Source: Podarcis filfolensis (lineage: Eukaryota). From it: 64,000 nt of DNA. Shown one piece after another: positions 27,437 through 41,678 of this stretch (position 1 is its first letter; the number at the start of each line of letters is the position of its first letter). A program made the translations under genes and the position numbers. The stretch lies in the NCBI GenBank assembly GCA_964270895.1, contig OZ185436.1. One strand, written 5' to 3'. The notes under the pieces were generated by a model. The model saw only the letters and a program-made list of their open reading frames with translations, did not search any database and had not been told where the DNA came from.

Positions 27437-29849
27437 TATTGTGGAGTGGCAAGGAATGGCTCTGCATTATCTAGACAAGTGTATGATGCCTCCTTTCCTT
27501 TTATGGACATGATGCACAATGACACTGTGGCTCACAATTGGTTATTGATCCATGCTGCAAACATTGTGCATGTAGTAACAGTGGCAATAGTAGCTTCACT
27601 TCTTAGAAGGGCTGCTCCTCACGGTTCTGTTTTGTTTTTAATCACCATGTGTCTAAAATGACCATTTCCTTCTATTGCCATGAGTTTGGTTGTTCTAGGT
27701 CACATAGCATGTCTTGATTAATGTGTGGCAATCAGAATGTTGCTTTTTTGAGCTTTATAAAGTGTTACTTTGTTGTTCACGAGACAATGGCGGATGGTTG
27801 TTTATCAATGGTCAGATTTGTGAATTGTTTTATAGGTCACATTTACATGCTGCATTCCTTTGGGGGTGCAGCTGACTTTTTTAAAACCTGGAAATTCCCA
27901 TCCAAATTGATTGCTCTGAACATAACACTTGTCTTTCTGTAAATTACATTCCCATTTGGAAAAAAAGGGTTCGGTCAAGTTCAGCAGTCAGCCACTGTGT
28001 TTCATTGAGAGTAAAGAAATGAAATGATGATCTCCTTCGGAGTTTGGGCCAACAGCAGCTGCTGCCTTTCAGATCATCTCATCTGATTAATTCAATGGAA
28101 GTCCACACATACTCCTGAAAATTTCAATTTACATTTTAAGCAGGGGGAATGATTTCAGGGCAAGGGAGCTTTTCTTGGAGTACATTCAGACACCCTCTAC
28201 AACAAGTGTGCATTTATCAGGTTAAAAGGATTATTGGGTGACAAGGTGCATAGCATTAGATAACATAGTCATGACTACAGTGTGGCAGCCAAGCTGTTTT
28301 GTTTGTAAGGGACCACTTTTCAGAGTTTAAAGATTCAAAACCCAGAAGCACAGCTCTCTGTGGTACAAAGCAATGCATTCACCCAGCAGAATTTGGAAGA
28401 CTAATGACCAAAAGAAAAAAAAGAGCAGGAGTGAAAAATAATATTTAGAAATAATTCACTGAACTGCAAACAATGCATGTGAATCTAAACATCAAGTTCT
28501 GCTGATTAAGAGGACACCGTTTAGGGTTTAGTCCTGGAGAGAAATGGCAGCTATTATCCTGTTATTCTCCTAGCACAAGAGAGGATACTGTGCTCATGAA
28601 ATGATATTTTGGTGGTAGAGCATATGCTACTGTTCAGTATACAAATAAGGAATAGAAACTGTCCATTCTTTTTTTTTTTTTTTTTTTTGCTGGGGGGTGG
28701 GTGGGTGGGTGTGTTGAGAAGATGAAGAAACTGCAATCCACCACGATGCCTCCGCCTCAAAATTGCCCAAGGTGAAAGCTTCTCTAGGTTCCAGTAAAGC
28801 AAGAAAGCATTTTGAAGAATGCAGAAGTACTGATACTAAATTGCACAAGGTTCCAGGTCAAAGATCAAAATAGATTCCCCCACTTCACCCCTGCAATTCA
28901 GAATCACCACAGAACATATTGTGGGGTCCAGAGGGTGGCAAATCCATTTAAAAGGTTTGTTTCTAAGATGGATTCCATGCCCCATGCCACACCAGAAATG
29001 CTCATGTTCCAAGCAATGCTCCCACAGAGGCCTTGAAAGACCTTCTGTTAACACATACAAGCAAAACAAGATGTCCCAGAGAAGTAATTGTTAAATGGGA
29101 GTGCCAGAGACTCTGCAATGAGGGAGGTTAGGGATCCTAACCAAAGCAAGCTGTCAATATGAAGCACCAAACCAAAGCAGTTTTCTTTGGAACGAACAAA
29201 TCTTTGCATGCTACACGCTCCTGCTCACAATACATCAAGTAATTCATCCTTCAGATTATCACAGGAGGACACCAAGATGGTTAATTGCTTTCTGATTACC
29301 CCAGTGTGACCCTACAGCCAGATCATAAGAGAGTTTGAAATTGGTGCCATGTTAGAGTATCCCAACAATGGGGGTCACCATGTTTACCTTGCAGTACATT
29401 ACAGTACAGCAACAAGTAACCAAGAAGCCTCAACATTCAACTGAATATATAGAGGGAAACACTTAAATTAGGTGATAACTTAAGAGGTAACTATTTATTC
29501 AAAATGCATGCCCCCATTTTTCACCACATTCTGGAATACATACCATTACTTTCCAAGGGATGGCTACGCTCATATATACCACTGTGTGTAAACAATCCAG
29601 GAGAGGTGACTGACTTTGCCAGTATATACATAAAGAGATAAAGAGATATAGGCACACATGCATACAAAACAAGATAGAGGAGTTCAAAGCAAGGGTGCAC
29701 ATTCTTAATAATAACTCATTACGGAGGTTTTAGAGAAGTGGTTTGGGAAAAGGTCATTAGATGAGAACAGGGAGTGGCATTTCCTCAGAGCATCCACGAA
29801 ACAGAAGCTAAGCTGTGATCAGCATTGATTCAACAAGAATTTCATCTTC

Positions 29850-29881
29850 AAAAAAAAGAAAAGAAAAGAAAAGAAAAGAAA
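29850..29881. repeat. A-run followed by (AAAAG)n
   Basis: Direct reading. Confidence 0.9.
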
Positions 29882-30389
29882 GTGGAAGAATCAAGTGTCA
29901 TCTCTCAAACTTTTACTCCTATGCCATGTTGATAAATTCATTGGAAGTAATGGGTTCCAGCACATTTTATCTGCGTAGTCCAAATAATGGAGTGAGATCT
30001 TTAAAAATGCTAGTAACAATTACAGCACCACATAATGAAGTCAACCGCTGACAGCTCTGAAATGAATCATACTTACACATGAGCCAAAGAATGTGCAAAG
30101 AATGTTCAGAGCCTGGAAAGGAGTTCAGAACTATAGGTAATAATTTACCTGCTGCCAAGAGGGGCAGTGAAGGACTTCAAAGGCATTCTAGTCAATCTGT
30201 ACCTTTGAGGGGCGGGGGGAACCCACAGCACAGTCCTTCTGTGCCTTTCACCTCAGATTGCAGGGGAGAATCCTATCACTGCATGCTCTGCAATGTCTGG
30301 GAGTGTTCACTGATTGGCTCCTCCACAGCATTCTAAGGTCAAAGTCACAAAAGAGATGTAACAAACTCCCTTATTGCAAAAAAGAGGAA

Positions 30390-30536
30390 GCAATGCTTCC
30401 AAAATGCCAGTTGCAGGAGACCCCAGGAGGCAAAGAATGCTCTTGTGCTCAGATCCCACAAGCATCAAGTTGGCACCTGTGAGATCAGGATGCTGGACTA
30501 GCTGGGCCATTGGTCTGATCCAGTATGCTGTTCTAA
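30390..30536 (+). mobile_element. Degenerate LINE 3' end, same family
   Basis: CAGGATGCTGGACTAGCTGGGCCATTGGTCTGATCCAG. Confidence 0.65.
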
Positions 30537-33500
30537 TTGTGGATAAGGGTTGTCTCTCTCTCCAATGCGTTGTCTGAAGGGAGTTTTGTAGCATGAGGGA
30601 CATTCAAGCTGCAATCCTACGTACATTAGCCTAGGGATATGCTCACGGGTAGTGAGGGAAGAGCCTAGTGACGTCTCAGCTTGGATGACATGCTAAGTCA
30701 AACCTTGGCTTATCTCAGAGTGACACAGCAGTAGAAAGGAGCCGGGAGAAGCAAAGGGTTACAAGCACTGCTCAGGGAGCACACATGTTCTCTCTAAGCC
30801 ATAGTTTGGGCTCACCATGTTGTGTGCACCGACTTGGAGAAGTGGCACAAGGCTGTATGGTGACAGGTAGCGAGAATGCTTAGTTTGTTTTTAACGCAAT
30901 CCATTCTAGAACAGAGGAAGGGAAAGAGGAATTGTGTACAGGAGTGAACCGCCATGTAAACGTTCGGAGACCTGCGCTTCAACATGCATCCTTCAGCAAG
31001 CAAAACATGTGCTCCACTACCGAGCTGTGTCCCACTCCTCTTAGGAGGAAACCTGGCCTACAGCAGGGTATGTTGGGGTGTGGGGATTAGGAAGAATATT
31101 TGATCATAAAGAGGGCAACTTCCCATACTTGCTAGATGTTTCTTAGCAACTCATTGCAATTGACTTCTTTGGAACCACATTGCTGAGCAGAGGGTTGCAC
31201 GGCCAGCATGAGTCAGTATAAGGGAATGGGGTTTAGGCAGCCAATGCTACAGTGAGGCTATGTTTTTGTTTACTATTTGTCAAACATGCCAGAAATGTGT
31301 CAGATTAAGTAGGTCCTTGTGGCAAGATTAGTTCTTCCACTTCTCTTCCTCCAATTATGAGAAATCTTCTCCACCACAGTTCTACTGTGAACTGGTAAAA
31401 CTCCCAAAAGCAGGCCTTCTTCAATGGGTCCCAGGGTGGGAACCACGGCAGTGGAAAGCGGTCCTATTTACAAACACAATTCCAAATAAAACTTGGACAA
31501 TGGTTCAGAGCTTCAGACACACTGCTATATGGGAACTTTCAGCCAGAAACCCTGACCTCTTCCCAATTTCAGTAATCCACCGACCACAGAGGTGAAGTGA
31601 TGGGTATGCTTGCTGGCTGAAAGTGCATTTGAGCAAATATTTAGTATTCAGCTGCATATAGGAAAGGATAACTATCTAGTGGTTGTATGAAAGCAGTCAC
31701 AATTTTACTGTCTCGAATAGAGTATAAGAAGATACTATACTGTTGCTCTGTAATCATGTAGCTTAAAAACCTGCTTTTATTTATACTGAGTTAGGTAGGT
31801 TTTTGTCACTCGGGTAGGGGAGACAGTAAAAGAGGTCAGGAAGAACTGGAGAAGACAACAGAGTGGAGAGATGGATATTGTTTGAATAAAAGTGGTAATG
31901 GGTACATTTAAAAAACCATCAGGTGAAAATGACAGTACCAGATTTTCATTCCATCAGGTTTTTGCTGGCTATGTTTACCTTTACCTATTATTTCTGCCAT
32001 TGTTTTCGTATTGTGATTTTGTTGTAAGTTGCCCTGAGAAGTACAGGCTATCAATTGGTCTCAATTTATGGAACGTCTGTGAAAACCTACTATGTGATGG
32101 AAGAACAAAGCTAATGACAGAAACTAAATGGAAAAAAGCAAGATAAGAGCTCTTTGAAGAAGGCATTGTAGCATAAAAACCAATACAAAAGAGAGAGGTT
32201 AAGAGTGTGGATTAACAGCGGTATTGTGGATTAACAGCAGATAACTCAATGAGTCTTCAGTTTTAAGCAGCTGCTTTTAGGAAAACTTCTGGTCGGTGTG
32301 CTGGCAGGGGTTTGGATGGGACAGAGATGTCTCTTCACTCTGTCCTGCCTAGTTCTGCTGGAGGGAAGCTCCACCAGCAAGGGATGCCCTAATGTGCCTC
32401 CCCAACAGGGGGTGGGCAGCAGCTATTGCTGATGGCATGCCCACAGGTGGTGGCAAGCAGAAATGGCTGAAATGGGGCATTTTGAGACTGATCTGTCCCT
32501 GCTGGAAGTTGGACTAGAGAAGGGTTGTTGTTCATTTGCCCTGTCCCCACCCACCCCTTCTGCCCTTGCCAGCACAAGTGGCTGAACTGTGGCAGTGTCT
32601 ATGCTGCTCTATTAAGCACTAAATGCCAAGAGTTTGGATTGCCACCAAAGTGCAGCTTTGGCTGAATGAATGGGATGAAAACCAAATTGAAGAGGGTTGA
32701 GGCGGGTGGGTGGGGGAGGGATATTGGAAAGTTAAAAAGTGCAGTGCATTTTCAGATATAGGTATTCCCCCCACCCCACCCCCCGCCCATAAAAAGAGTC
32801 AATGGCTTTGTGGAAGGAGGTGGCATTTCAGGGCCTTCAGATAGAATGTCTGAAGCAGATTAGAAAGTCAACATGGGCCACATAGGATTGCTACAAACAT
32901 GAAGCTACATGAATAAAGCAAAAATTGGAAAGGCTGTGCTGAGTGGCACTATTATTTCTCTAGTCATTGTAGCTAGATGTTTCAGAAGCAGAGAATGCTA
33001 GCCATGGAACAAAGCACCTGTTATATGACACCATTTGTGTAAGAGCTTATCAGAATTGCTTTAAAGCTAACTAGGGCAAGTCAAAACACAGGAGATGCAA
33101 ATACCTATCACCTTGCCTGGAGCCGACAGGGAGAACAGCCCACGAATTGAAGACAATAAGTATTTCATCCACATTAGCCTTACATAGCTCTTCAGCAAGC
33201 CCAGGGTTTCTGTGTCTTATTGTGAAGGCCAGAAGGCCTCAAGTGGGCAAAAGAATAGGAATGAAGTTCAAGACTGAGAGCTATGCCATGCAAGAAAGAC
33301 TCTGATTAATTCAGTCAAACATTGCCCTCTAAGAGTTTCAGGTCTCACATAATGCACGCAGGAATCCCTGGAATATTTGAAGCATCTCAGTGCCACCAGT
33401 GCTATGCTGGCATTTTCCTCTTGGAGAAGTTTGCTGAACCTTTGCCACAAATGTCAGAAATCTCAATTTCTGCTCGCTTTCAAACACAAGCCACTGCATT

Positions 33501-34084
33501 AAAAGACCGAGATGTCCAGCAGTTACAGCAGAGGTCTGCAGTGTGGAAATTAATGTCAAGAAACTACCACAAACAGCCCTCTAGTGAACCGGTTGAGAGC
33601 TCAGATGAGGTGGAGGCAATAATCCCCACCTGGAATATATTTGGACTACCTCACAATAGAGGTGGCTCTGATCCAAAATGAAACAGGCTAGCTCCTGGGC
33701 TTTGGAGCTATGCGGGAGCCTCTAGAGCTCATTCACGTAATCAGGAAGAAAGTCATTTATTTCACAACATAAAAATATATTCATTAGCGGAAAATAGCAC
33801 TGAACTGTAATTGTCACATGCAGAATTTGCCAGAGATATATTCGTACTCGAAATCCAGGAAATGTAGCACTAGAGTAGGGTCAAAATAAATTTCATTCAG
33901 CTAGGAAATGACAACATTGCATCTGACAAAATGATTGGGGTGGGGGAGGGAGGAAGGAAGGAGAGATGGGGATTTGCAGTGTTCAGATCATTCGAGGAGG
34001 TGTAGGGAATTCCCCAGCCATTAGATTCTAAAAATAATCACCTCAAATGTTTGAATTATGGCACAATCCTAATCAACATGTGCG

Positions 34085-34760
34085 GAGGGGTCAACCAAGA
34101 TAGCAAAGGTCTGAAATCCAAGCCTTATGAGGAACACTTGAGGGAGCTGGGTATGTTTAGCCTGGAGAGGACTGAGAGGTCATATGATAGCTATCTTCTA
34201 ATATTCAAAGGGCTGTCATGTGCAGGGGTCAGCAAACTTTTTCAGCAGGGGGCCGGTCCACTGTCCCTCAGGCCTTGTGGGGGGCCGGACTATATTTTGG
34301 GGGGGAAATGAACAAATTCCTATGCCCCACAAATAACCCAGAGATGCATTTTTAAATAAAAGGACACATTCTACCCATGTAAAAATACGAGGATTCCCAG
34401 ACCATCCGCGGGCCGGATTTAGAAGGCGATTGGACCGGCTCTGGCTCCCGGGCCTTAGTTTGCCTACCTATGGTCATGTGGAAGATGGAGCAAGCTTGTT
34501 TTCTCCTGCTCCAGAGGGTAAGACCCAAGCCAATGGATTCAAGTTAAAGAAAGGAGATTCCAATTAAACATTAGGAAGAACTTGCTGTTCGTAAGAGCTG
34601 TTCAACATCGCAAGGTGGTAGACTCTCCTTAACTGGAGATTTTTAATCACAGGTTGGATAGCCATCTATCACAGATTCTTCAGCTGGGATTCCTGCACTG
34701 CAGGGAGTTGGACTAGATGACCCTTGGGGTACCTTCCGATTCTAGAATTCTGTGATCCTA
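34085..34760 (+). mobile_element. CR1 LINE 3' fragment interrupted by the hAT MITE
   Basis: Decayed ORF2 C-terminus (KGLKSKPYEEHLRELGMFSLE) and CR1 tail GGTTGGACTAGATGACCCTT...ATTCTGTGAT. Confidence 0.88.
34223..34472 (+). mobile_element. hAT-type MITE with a perfect 8-bp TSD
   Basis: GTCATGTG at 34215-34222 and 34473-34480; ends CAGGGGTCAGCAAAC and GTTTGCCTACCTATG. Confidence 0.92.
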
Positions 34761-34764
34761 TATT

Positions 34765-34832
34765 TACTCAGAAGTCAGTCCTACTGAATTCACTGGGCCT
34801 TACTCCCAGGTTAGCACGGTTAGTATTGCAGC
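34765..34832. mobile_element. Short palindromic repeat; decayed relatives at about 4364-4420, 38880-38960 and 39540-39600
   Basis: ATTTACTCAGAAGT...CCTACTGAATTCACTGGGCCTTACTCCCAGG...ATTGCAGCC hairpin-like pattern recurring across the window. Confidence 0.55.
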
Positions 34833-37272
34833 CTTAAAAAATGATGATTTTGCACTGAATGGAGGATAAGGAGACAGACATTTTCAGTGTACTTAAGAAA
34901 ATGGCTATTTGAAATGGAAAGCGGAGGATTGCTATAGTTAGGGCATATTGCAACACCAATAGAACAGAGAACTTTACAAAAACAAAAAAACCCAGACCAC
35001 ATTTTCAGCAGGAAGTTACTTCAGTACATTGTTTGCTGCAGAAACAGGCAGTGTCAAGAGGCCACCCTAGCAAAACACATCCTGCCACAGTCGAGTTATC
35101 AGGGGCGTAGGTGTTCTCATCAGTAGCCTCTGGAACACAGCGATAGCATTTCACAAGAGGCCCAGATACATCCCTGCTGTTTTAGCAAGGCCCTGGTTTG
35201 GGACACGCTCAAAAATGCAGATAAACTTTCCTGCTCCAGTATTTGCAGTTGTACAACAACATTCTAGCAAGCTGACCTTCAGCCTGCATGTGTAAAAAGT
35301 TTCTTCGGGCTATTTTGCTTCGAGCATCCAGCACTGTGGTATAGGTCTGTGCATCATACAAGCTGGTCAAGCATTTCAAATGGCCCATAACACAATATAC
35401 CTTTCCTTTGCCTGGTTTACAGCTAACAAAGCCCCACCCACATAACGCTGAGAGTCACGCTCAGCTTCTTGATGCTCCAGGGCATCTGTTTTTACTGTCA
35501 GAGGAAAGGAAGAACAAAATGTTGGCAGCAGCAAGGAGCGTCAATCCCTTCTGCTGTAGATTGAAGACTGATATACATATATACCAATGAGGGATGGGGC
35601 CACTGCCCAAAAATGGCATCCCCATGTCAGCTTCAACTCTTGTCTCTTGATGGGCAGTTCTTTGCACTCACAAGTGGCAGCTGTTTATGGGGAATTGTGG
35701 AGGCAGTGGGCGTGGTACAGAAAGGGCAGAGAACAATGGAGTCCTGACACAGGGCACAGAGCAAGATGTTAAGGAGGAACAGGAAGGAACTTGGCCATGG
35801 GCTGCCATTTTTAGTAGACAGAGATGGAAAGGATGTGCAGAGCATCCTGCAGACTTCAGAGACTCTCTAAATTACAAGGGATTACCTTCTCATACCTAGC
35901 AAGCTCAGATGTACAGAACTGGAAGATCCAGAGTCCTCTGCAGAGCTTCTAATTGCTTTGAATGGATTTTGGACTGGATCAACATAAACGCTAAGCAGAC
36001 TTTGTTTCAGTAGTTAAGAGTCTTATGCTTTCCACTAAGTGCTGCACCTGTCAGTAATGCCTCATGCAAAATCTCTCCCAGTGTATCTGCTTCAACCTGT
36101 AACACCAATAGTTCCTTTGATCCCCGTGCATATATGCAAGTTAACCAAAAGGTCTGCTTTATTCTGTATTAAAAAAAGCTTCAATGGTGTAGAAATAAAA
36201 TTATTTTAAATGTTTTTCTTTTTCTTTTTAAGGGTATTGTGCTGACACGGTAACATCTGCTGCAGAAAAGCAATCAAATTAGTATTGTTTTGCTGAGAGA
36301 GACACCCATTAAAATGAATCTACACTGCAATGGTGCTCAGCACTGAACCACCACACCACTGAATCTCCCTTACTTCCCTTCCCTTTTCTTAAACAACAAC
36401 AAGCATTTCTTTTGTCCCAGTTTCCACAATTTGAGATGGGATATGTGTTCCCCCTCAACATATGCATGGGTTGAGGAAGATGATTAAAGACAAAGTGAGA
36501 GACACTTGTTCTAATCTAGGCAAGTTACACATTTTAAAGGCAGCTGATAAGCCGCATTTAAAAAAAGACAGGGCAATATATTTTCCCCATAAACTCATTG
36601 CAGGCAACCCAAATTCCTCAACGTAAAACATTCAGAGTGCTTATTCGTCAGGTCGTTTTGCACCCAACAATTATTTTCTGTGCGTTGCTGGCAGACACAG
36701 GACATGATGACGAGGACATGATGAGGAATGCCTTGGGGACAGCCAAACTTACCCTAGTTAAATTGGTAATTAAACTGGGAAAACCGCAGTAATTACTGAG
36801 CCATTTGCTGGATGTCATAACATTATTCCAGATTTACTGGGATAATTGTTGTTCCAAGACAATGGCTGAGAGCTGTCTATGGCTTGGTACAATGGGTTGT
36901 CAGCGGGAACAAGAGCTTAGAGGCATCTGAGCCTCCTGCACCCTGCCTGGAAAGGATTGGACCCTCCTTGCTGCTCCTACTGACTCATCTGGAGGCAGTG
37001 CAAGATGGTCCAACAGGATACAGAGCAAGGGTGGCAACCTTTGACCCTGAATATGTTGTTGGCACTCCCATCAGCTCTAGGCAGAACTGTCACTAGGTCA
37101 GAGATGGTGAGAGTTGCATCAGCCCAGCAATGCCTGGAGGACCATCCGTTTCCCTTGGGGTTCTCAAGCCATCTCAACCATAGTGTGTGGCATCCTATCC
37201 CTCTTGAGGAACTGACTTACACAAAACACCCACCCCTTCCCCTCCTGAGTTCAGATACATTTGTATACTTCT

Positions 37273-37484
37273 GGTTAAGTACTTAATTCGTTCCAGAGAT
37301 CCGTTCTTAACTTGAAACTGTTCTCAACCTGAGGCACCACTTTAGCTAATGGAGCCTCCTGCTGCTGCCGCGCCACAGGAGCACGATTTCTGTTCTCATT
37401 CTGAAGCAAAGTTCTTAACCTGAGGTACTATTTCTGGGTTAGCGGAGTCTGTAATCTGAAGCGTATGTAACCCGAGGTACACTG
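37273..37484 (+). mobile_element. Tc1/mariner-type MITE, copy D (left TIR missing)
   Basis: Same internal sequence; right end CCCGAGGTACACTG-TA. Confidence 0.88.
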
Positions 37485-37632
37485 TAGTTCTTTTGCTCCA
37501 TGGGGAATGGAGAAAGATGCTAGAGCTAGAATGCCTACTTGAAAGAAGGGGGACACTTATGGCAGCTCCTTTGTCTTCTTGTCCACTGCTCTCTGAAGAG
37601 CAGGAAAGTTACCCACCTGCACGCAGCCTGTG

Positions 37633-37633
<1 letters not shown>

Positions 37634-37678
<45 letters not shown>
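37634..37678. repeat. (TTA)n microsatellite
   Basis: About 15 uninterrupted units. Confidence 0.97.
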
Positions 37679-37680
<2 letters not shown>

Positions 37681-40056
37681 TTCACAGCAGCTGCATCAAC
37701 AAGTGACCTCAAGAGAGCGTGAGGGTTGCTAAAGACCACTTTCTGAACTACTGAGTGACCTTGGCTCAATCTCTGCCTTCCACTTGGTGTTTTAAAATGA
37801 ACCAGGAAGTCCCTGTTCTAGCTAAGAGGAAGTCTCATGGAGAGGTATATAAACTATATGTATAGCAAACATATGTGTTGATAGGCACTTCATAAAATAC
37901 ATTCCATTCCCCCTCCCCCAAGCTTTTCATTTCATAACACAAGCAAGGGAGAGTATCCTTAACATGGCAACAAGATGTGAATAAATCACCCGGAATGGAT
38001 GACCAAGAAGCCTCAAATTGTTTGACACAATCATGATTCACCTATGATACCACCGCCAATCATGCAGTCTAGGGTTACCAAAGTTACCAGTACACCTCAA
38101 ATTTATTGAAAAACAAGTGGCTGCTGTGTGTGCGAATTACAGTCCAATCCTAAGCCCCACTGAAGCCAGCAGGATTCACTCCTATGACCGTATGCTATGC
38201 ATGTTCATAATAACAACTCTGTAAAATAGGGAGGATTATCTCTAAATTCACAGGTGAGGCTGAGCAAAGAACAGTTTGCCCAATTCTTGGTTGAGCTGAG
38301 ATCTGAAGCAGAGACTTTTCAATACAGGCTGGTTATTAATTCATAGAAAGCCAGTTCAGAGAAACTGAATGATACCTGAAGCTCTCTCGGCCACAGTTCA
38401 GTTTAGGGGACCAGTGCTGCTGCAGCTATCTACCACTCAGGCTGCATGAGTCCCACCATGAAATATATATGGTTTCTATTACACAGCATTTCAACAAAAT
38501 GGATGTTCTTATACAGCATGTTGCTTATATGCTATGTAGTTCAGTTTTCTTAGATTTAAACATCACTCTGTTGGGAGTGTTTTACGTACTCCTCACCCCG
38601 TCTCCCAATCAACTACTAAGAGAACTGCATATACAAGTAGTTTCAGATTCTGGACAAGGATTCCAAGCTGATAATCTGACAACAAAGCTGCCACCCTTGC
38701 CATGGCATTCGGAGGGCAGGGAAGTCCCAATCTGCCCTGTTTGTGCAGGCTCAAAGGTCTCTGGACTGTGGCTCAGCACCAGTGACATCACCGGGCATGC
38801 TCTGGAGCCTACGGGCACCCAAGCTTGCCATGCCCTCTTCCCATTCAGTTATAAAAGAAGTGAGGTAGGGAAGTCTTCCATGCATGCTTACTCACAGAAG
38901 TAAGTCCAACTGTCTTCAGTGAGGCTTATTTCCAAGCAAGTGTGCATAGGACTACAACTTAAATCTGTTTAACTTTGAACAATTAAATTCCTTTCCAACC
39001 CAAAATTTTTACAAGAAGCTACTCATACATCAAGGACTGCCCATGTCAGCAAGGGGTGTAACCTGCAAAATGCTTAAATTCCACTATTTCAATGGGAAAA
39101 GCCAAGCACAGGCCTAAAGCCACACTTTCCTGAGAGGAAAGCCCCGCTGAAAGCAGTGGGACAACTTCTGAGTAAGTTTGCAGTGGCTATTGTGCTGCAT
39201 CTCTAGCCCACTGGAGCTCTGCTTGACTTTGGCTGGATTTAACAAGCAAACAGGAAAGGGGGCATAAAGAAGGAGTGAAAGGAGGTGGAGGAAATGGAAA
39301 CGTCTGATCAAGTGCAAAGAAAGGAGTGGAAGCTGAGCTCATTCCCTGAGTTTTTGTTTGAACAATGAAGCCCTTGCCCAAAGAAAAAATCATGTTTAAA
39401 AGACCATGAAGAGAAATCATGCTTAAACGACCATGAAGTAAGGAGAAGAAATTCATGTTGGGTATGAATGGCACAATGATGGGGTTGAGGAGTGGTGCAC
39501 TCAATCAGAATTATTCCAGGGAGGCAACTATGTGTGTTGGTTTAGCTGCAATCTTATGCCAATTTATAAGAAGCAAGCCCCACTGAACCAAACGTACAAG
39601 ATTGTGGTGTCTTAAAAGTTAAGCTTTTTTGGGCCAGAGCCCACAACTACTGGGGGAGATGGACAGTCTTGGCAGCAGACATACACAGAACAAAGGGAAG
39701 GGGGTCAGGAAGGCTGTTGGGGGGTTAGTTGTGATAATTCATGCAGGGAAATAACCAGAGCATGGCCTTTAGACACACTTGAAAAGATCCATTTAAATGG
39801 ATGTTAATTTCCAAATAAATGCTTTTTAACAGTGAGCTACAGTATTCCCAGAGTGACACATTCCTCCAGCTGGTATCACAGACTGGGTACCTCTCCCATT
39901 CCCTGTTTCTTTCTCTTTTATTGATGAGTGCAGTGCTTCCCCCATCCAGTCTTAAAAAACAACAACAACAAAGAAAAAAACAGAACAGGGACAACTAGCT
40001 GAAAATAAAATTATCCACATCATAATGCCACCATCCAAATTTATGATATGACTGCT

Positions 40057-40407
40057 TTGGAATACTGTGTACTGTCCTGATCATCTCACATCAAAAAAGA
40101 TATTGCAGAGTTGGGAAATGTTCGGAAAAGGGCGACTGACATGGAGCAACAGGATGGAGCAACTCCCCTATGATAGGTGGGCATTTGCTCCCACAGGAGA
40201 CAGTGGTGGCCACCAACTTGGGTGGTTTTAAAGGAGGATTAGACAAATTGATGGAGGGCATGGCTATCCAATGGCTACTAACCCCGAGCGCTATGTTCTA
40301 CCGTCACTGTTGGAGGCAGTATGCTTTTGAGTATCAGCTGCTGGAGAACAGGATGCTGGACTAGATGGGACACTGGCCTGATCCAGCAGGTCTCATCTTA
40401 CTTTCTT
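40057..40407 (+). mobile_element. CR1-clade LINE 3' fragment (second family, internally deleted)
   Basis: Decayed LEYCV...HIKKDIAEL and ATNLGGFKGGLDKLME followed by the tail GCTGGACTAGATGGG...CTGATCCAGC. Confidence 0.8.
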
Positions 40408-41513
40408 AGCAGGAGAGGCTTCTGGCATAAATGAGTGATTTCCAGAGACTTGCAGCAGCATTTTAGTCTGACAGTGGCAGTCTCTATCTACATTGCTTCT
40501 ACTAAACACAAAAGTTAAATGCTTTTCTGAATTGTAACAGGAAAGGCGGTTTATTACTCTTGTGGTTTGGATGGAAACACCAATTCTTGCCTTCCAGAGT
40601 AGTGGGAACACACATGCATCACATGGTTTAAATAGTTTACCACAACGGATTCTTGACAGCCATTATTGTGTGTAGCCAACAGAATTCTCAAAGAACCTAG
40701 ACTGAAGTGCAGTCAGATGAGCCATTATCAGCCCTCCTCAAGCCTAGTACCCTTGCATATTGCTTAAGCCAGCTTTAGCCAACCTTCTGCCCTCCAGGTG
40801 TTTTGGACTACAACTCACCTCAGCCCCAATTAGCATGCTGTGTATCAGGTTGGCTAAGTCTGCCTTGTGCAATTGTGGCAGTGTTATCTGTTGCAACTGC
40901 TGAAAAACAGGTCAATTTTTTATTCTTACCTCCACAAAAAGGGAGCTGCGGTCCCTGCACTACACCAGCCATTTCAGCAATTTGTACTTCACTTACCAAG
41001 GGCAGGGATCCAAGCCAGTTCCCTTCATCTCTAAAGTCTAACGTATGGCCAGACTCCATCACTAGCCTCACCTTACAGTACCACCTCTACTTGCTCAAGC
41101 CCCAATTGGGCTCTTGCTAACCTTGTTCCCCAGAAATCTGTCTCCAATCTAGCAGCATTCATATCCCCCCTGCAAATGAGCCCAGCTGGCCTCTCATTAG
41201 CTTCTAGTCACTATTACTAACAAGATTTGCCAAGTCAATCCAGGCTCCCCGAAAGGATTTGTCTGGTAAAGTTGAAGACAGCTCTAGATTCAACACCTGA
41301 AGACACTCAAATGGGGGAAGTGGGGGCGGGGGAGGAAAGAAGTCCGAACATGAAGCTATTTTTATATATGTAAATATAAAGCACTAAGACCAACATCTGG
41401 AACACCAAGCGATCTGTAGAGCATCTCCCTGACATTTTATAAATAAAGCTGCCCATTATCATGAATTGGACCCAATTAGCTGACTCAGCTGAGAAAATCT
41501 ATGTGGCAGAGAG

Positions 41514-41678
41514 CAGCCTTCCCCAACCTGAAGTTCTTCAGATGTTTTTGACTATAACTCAGTCTCCCATCATCCCCAACCTGGTGCCTTCTAGGCGTTA
41601 TGAACTACAGCTGTTCTCAGCATGCTGACAACAGCTGTAGATCTTAACACCTAGAGGGCACCAGGTTGGGGAAGACTG
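41514..41678. mobile_element. Palindromic MITE of a related family
   Basis: TIRs CAGCCTTCCCCAACCTG and CAGGTTGGGGAAGACTG. Confidence 0.75.

Noticed and set aside
28669-28709. T20 tract followed by a (GGGT)n G-quadruplex-capable run; similar G-runs at about 32701 and 53422
   Set aside because: Simple-sequence G4 motifs are very common in vertebrate introns, and nothing here indicates function.
22854-34014. NF-kB consensus sites in STK10 intron 1 (22854, 27890, 34005) and at 53745
   Set aside because: GGGRNWYYCC is expected about once per 8 kb on two strands, so this number is at chance level.
37557-37769. ORFs with poly-Ile or poly-Leu runs that resemble transmembrane peptides
   Set aside because: Translation artefacts of the (TTA)n microsatellite.
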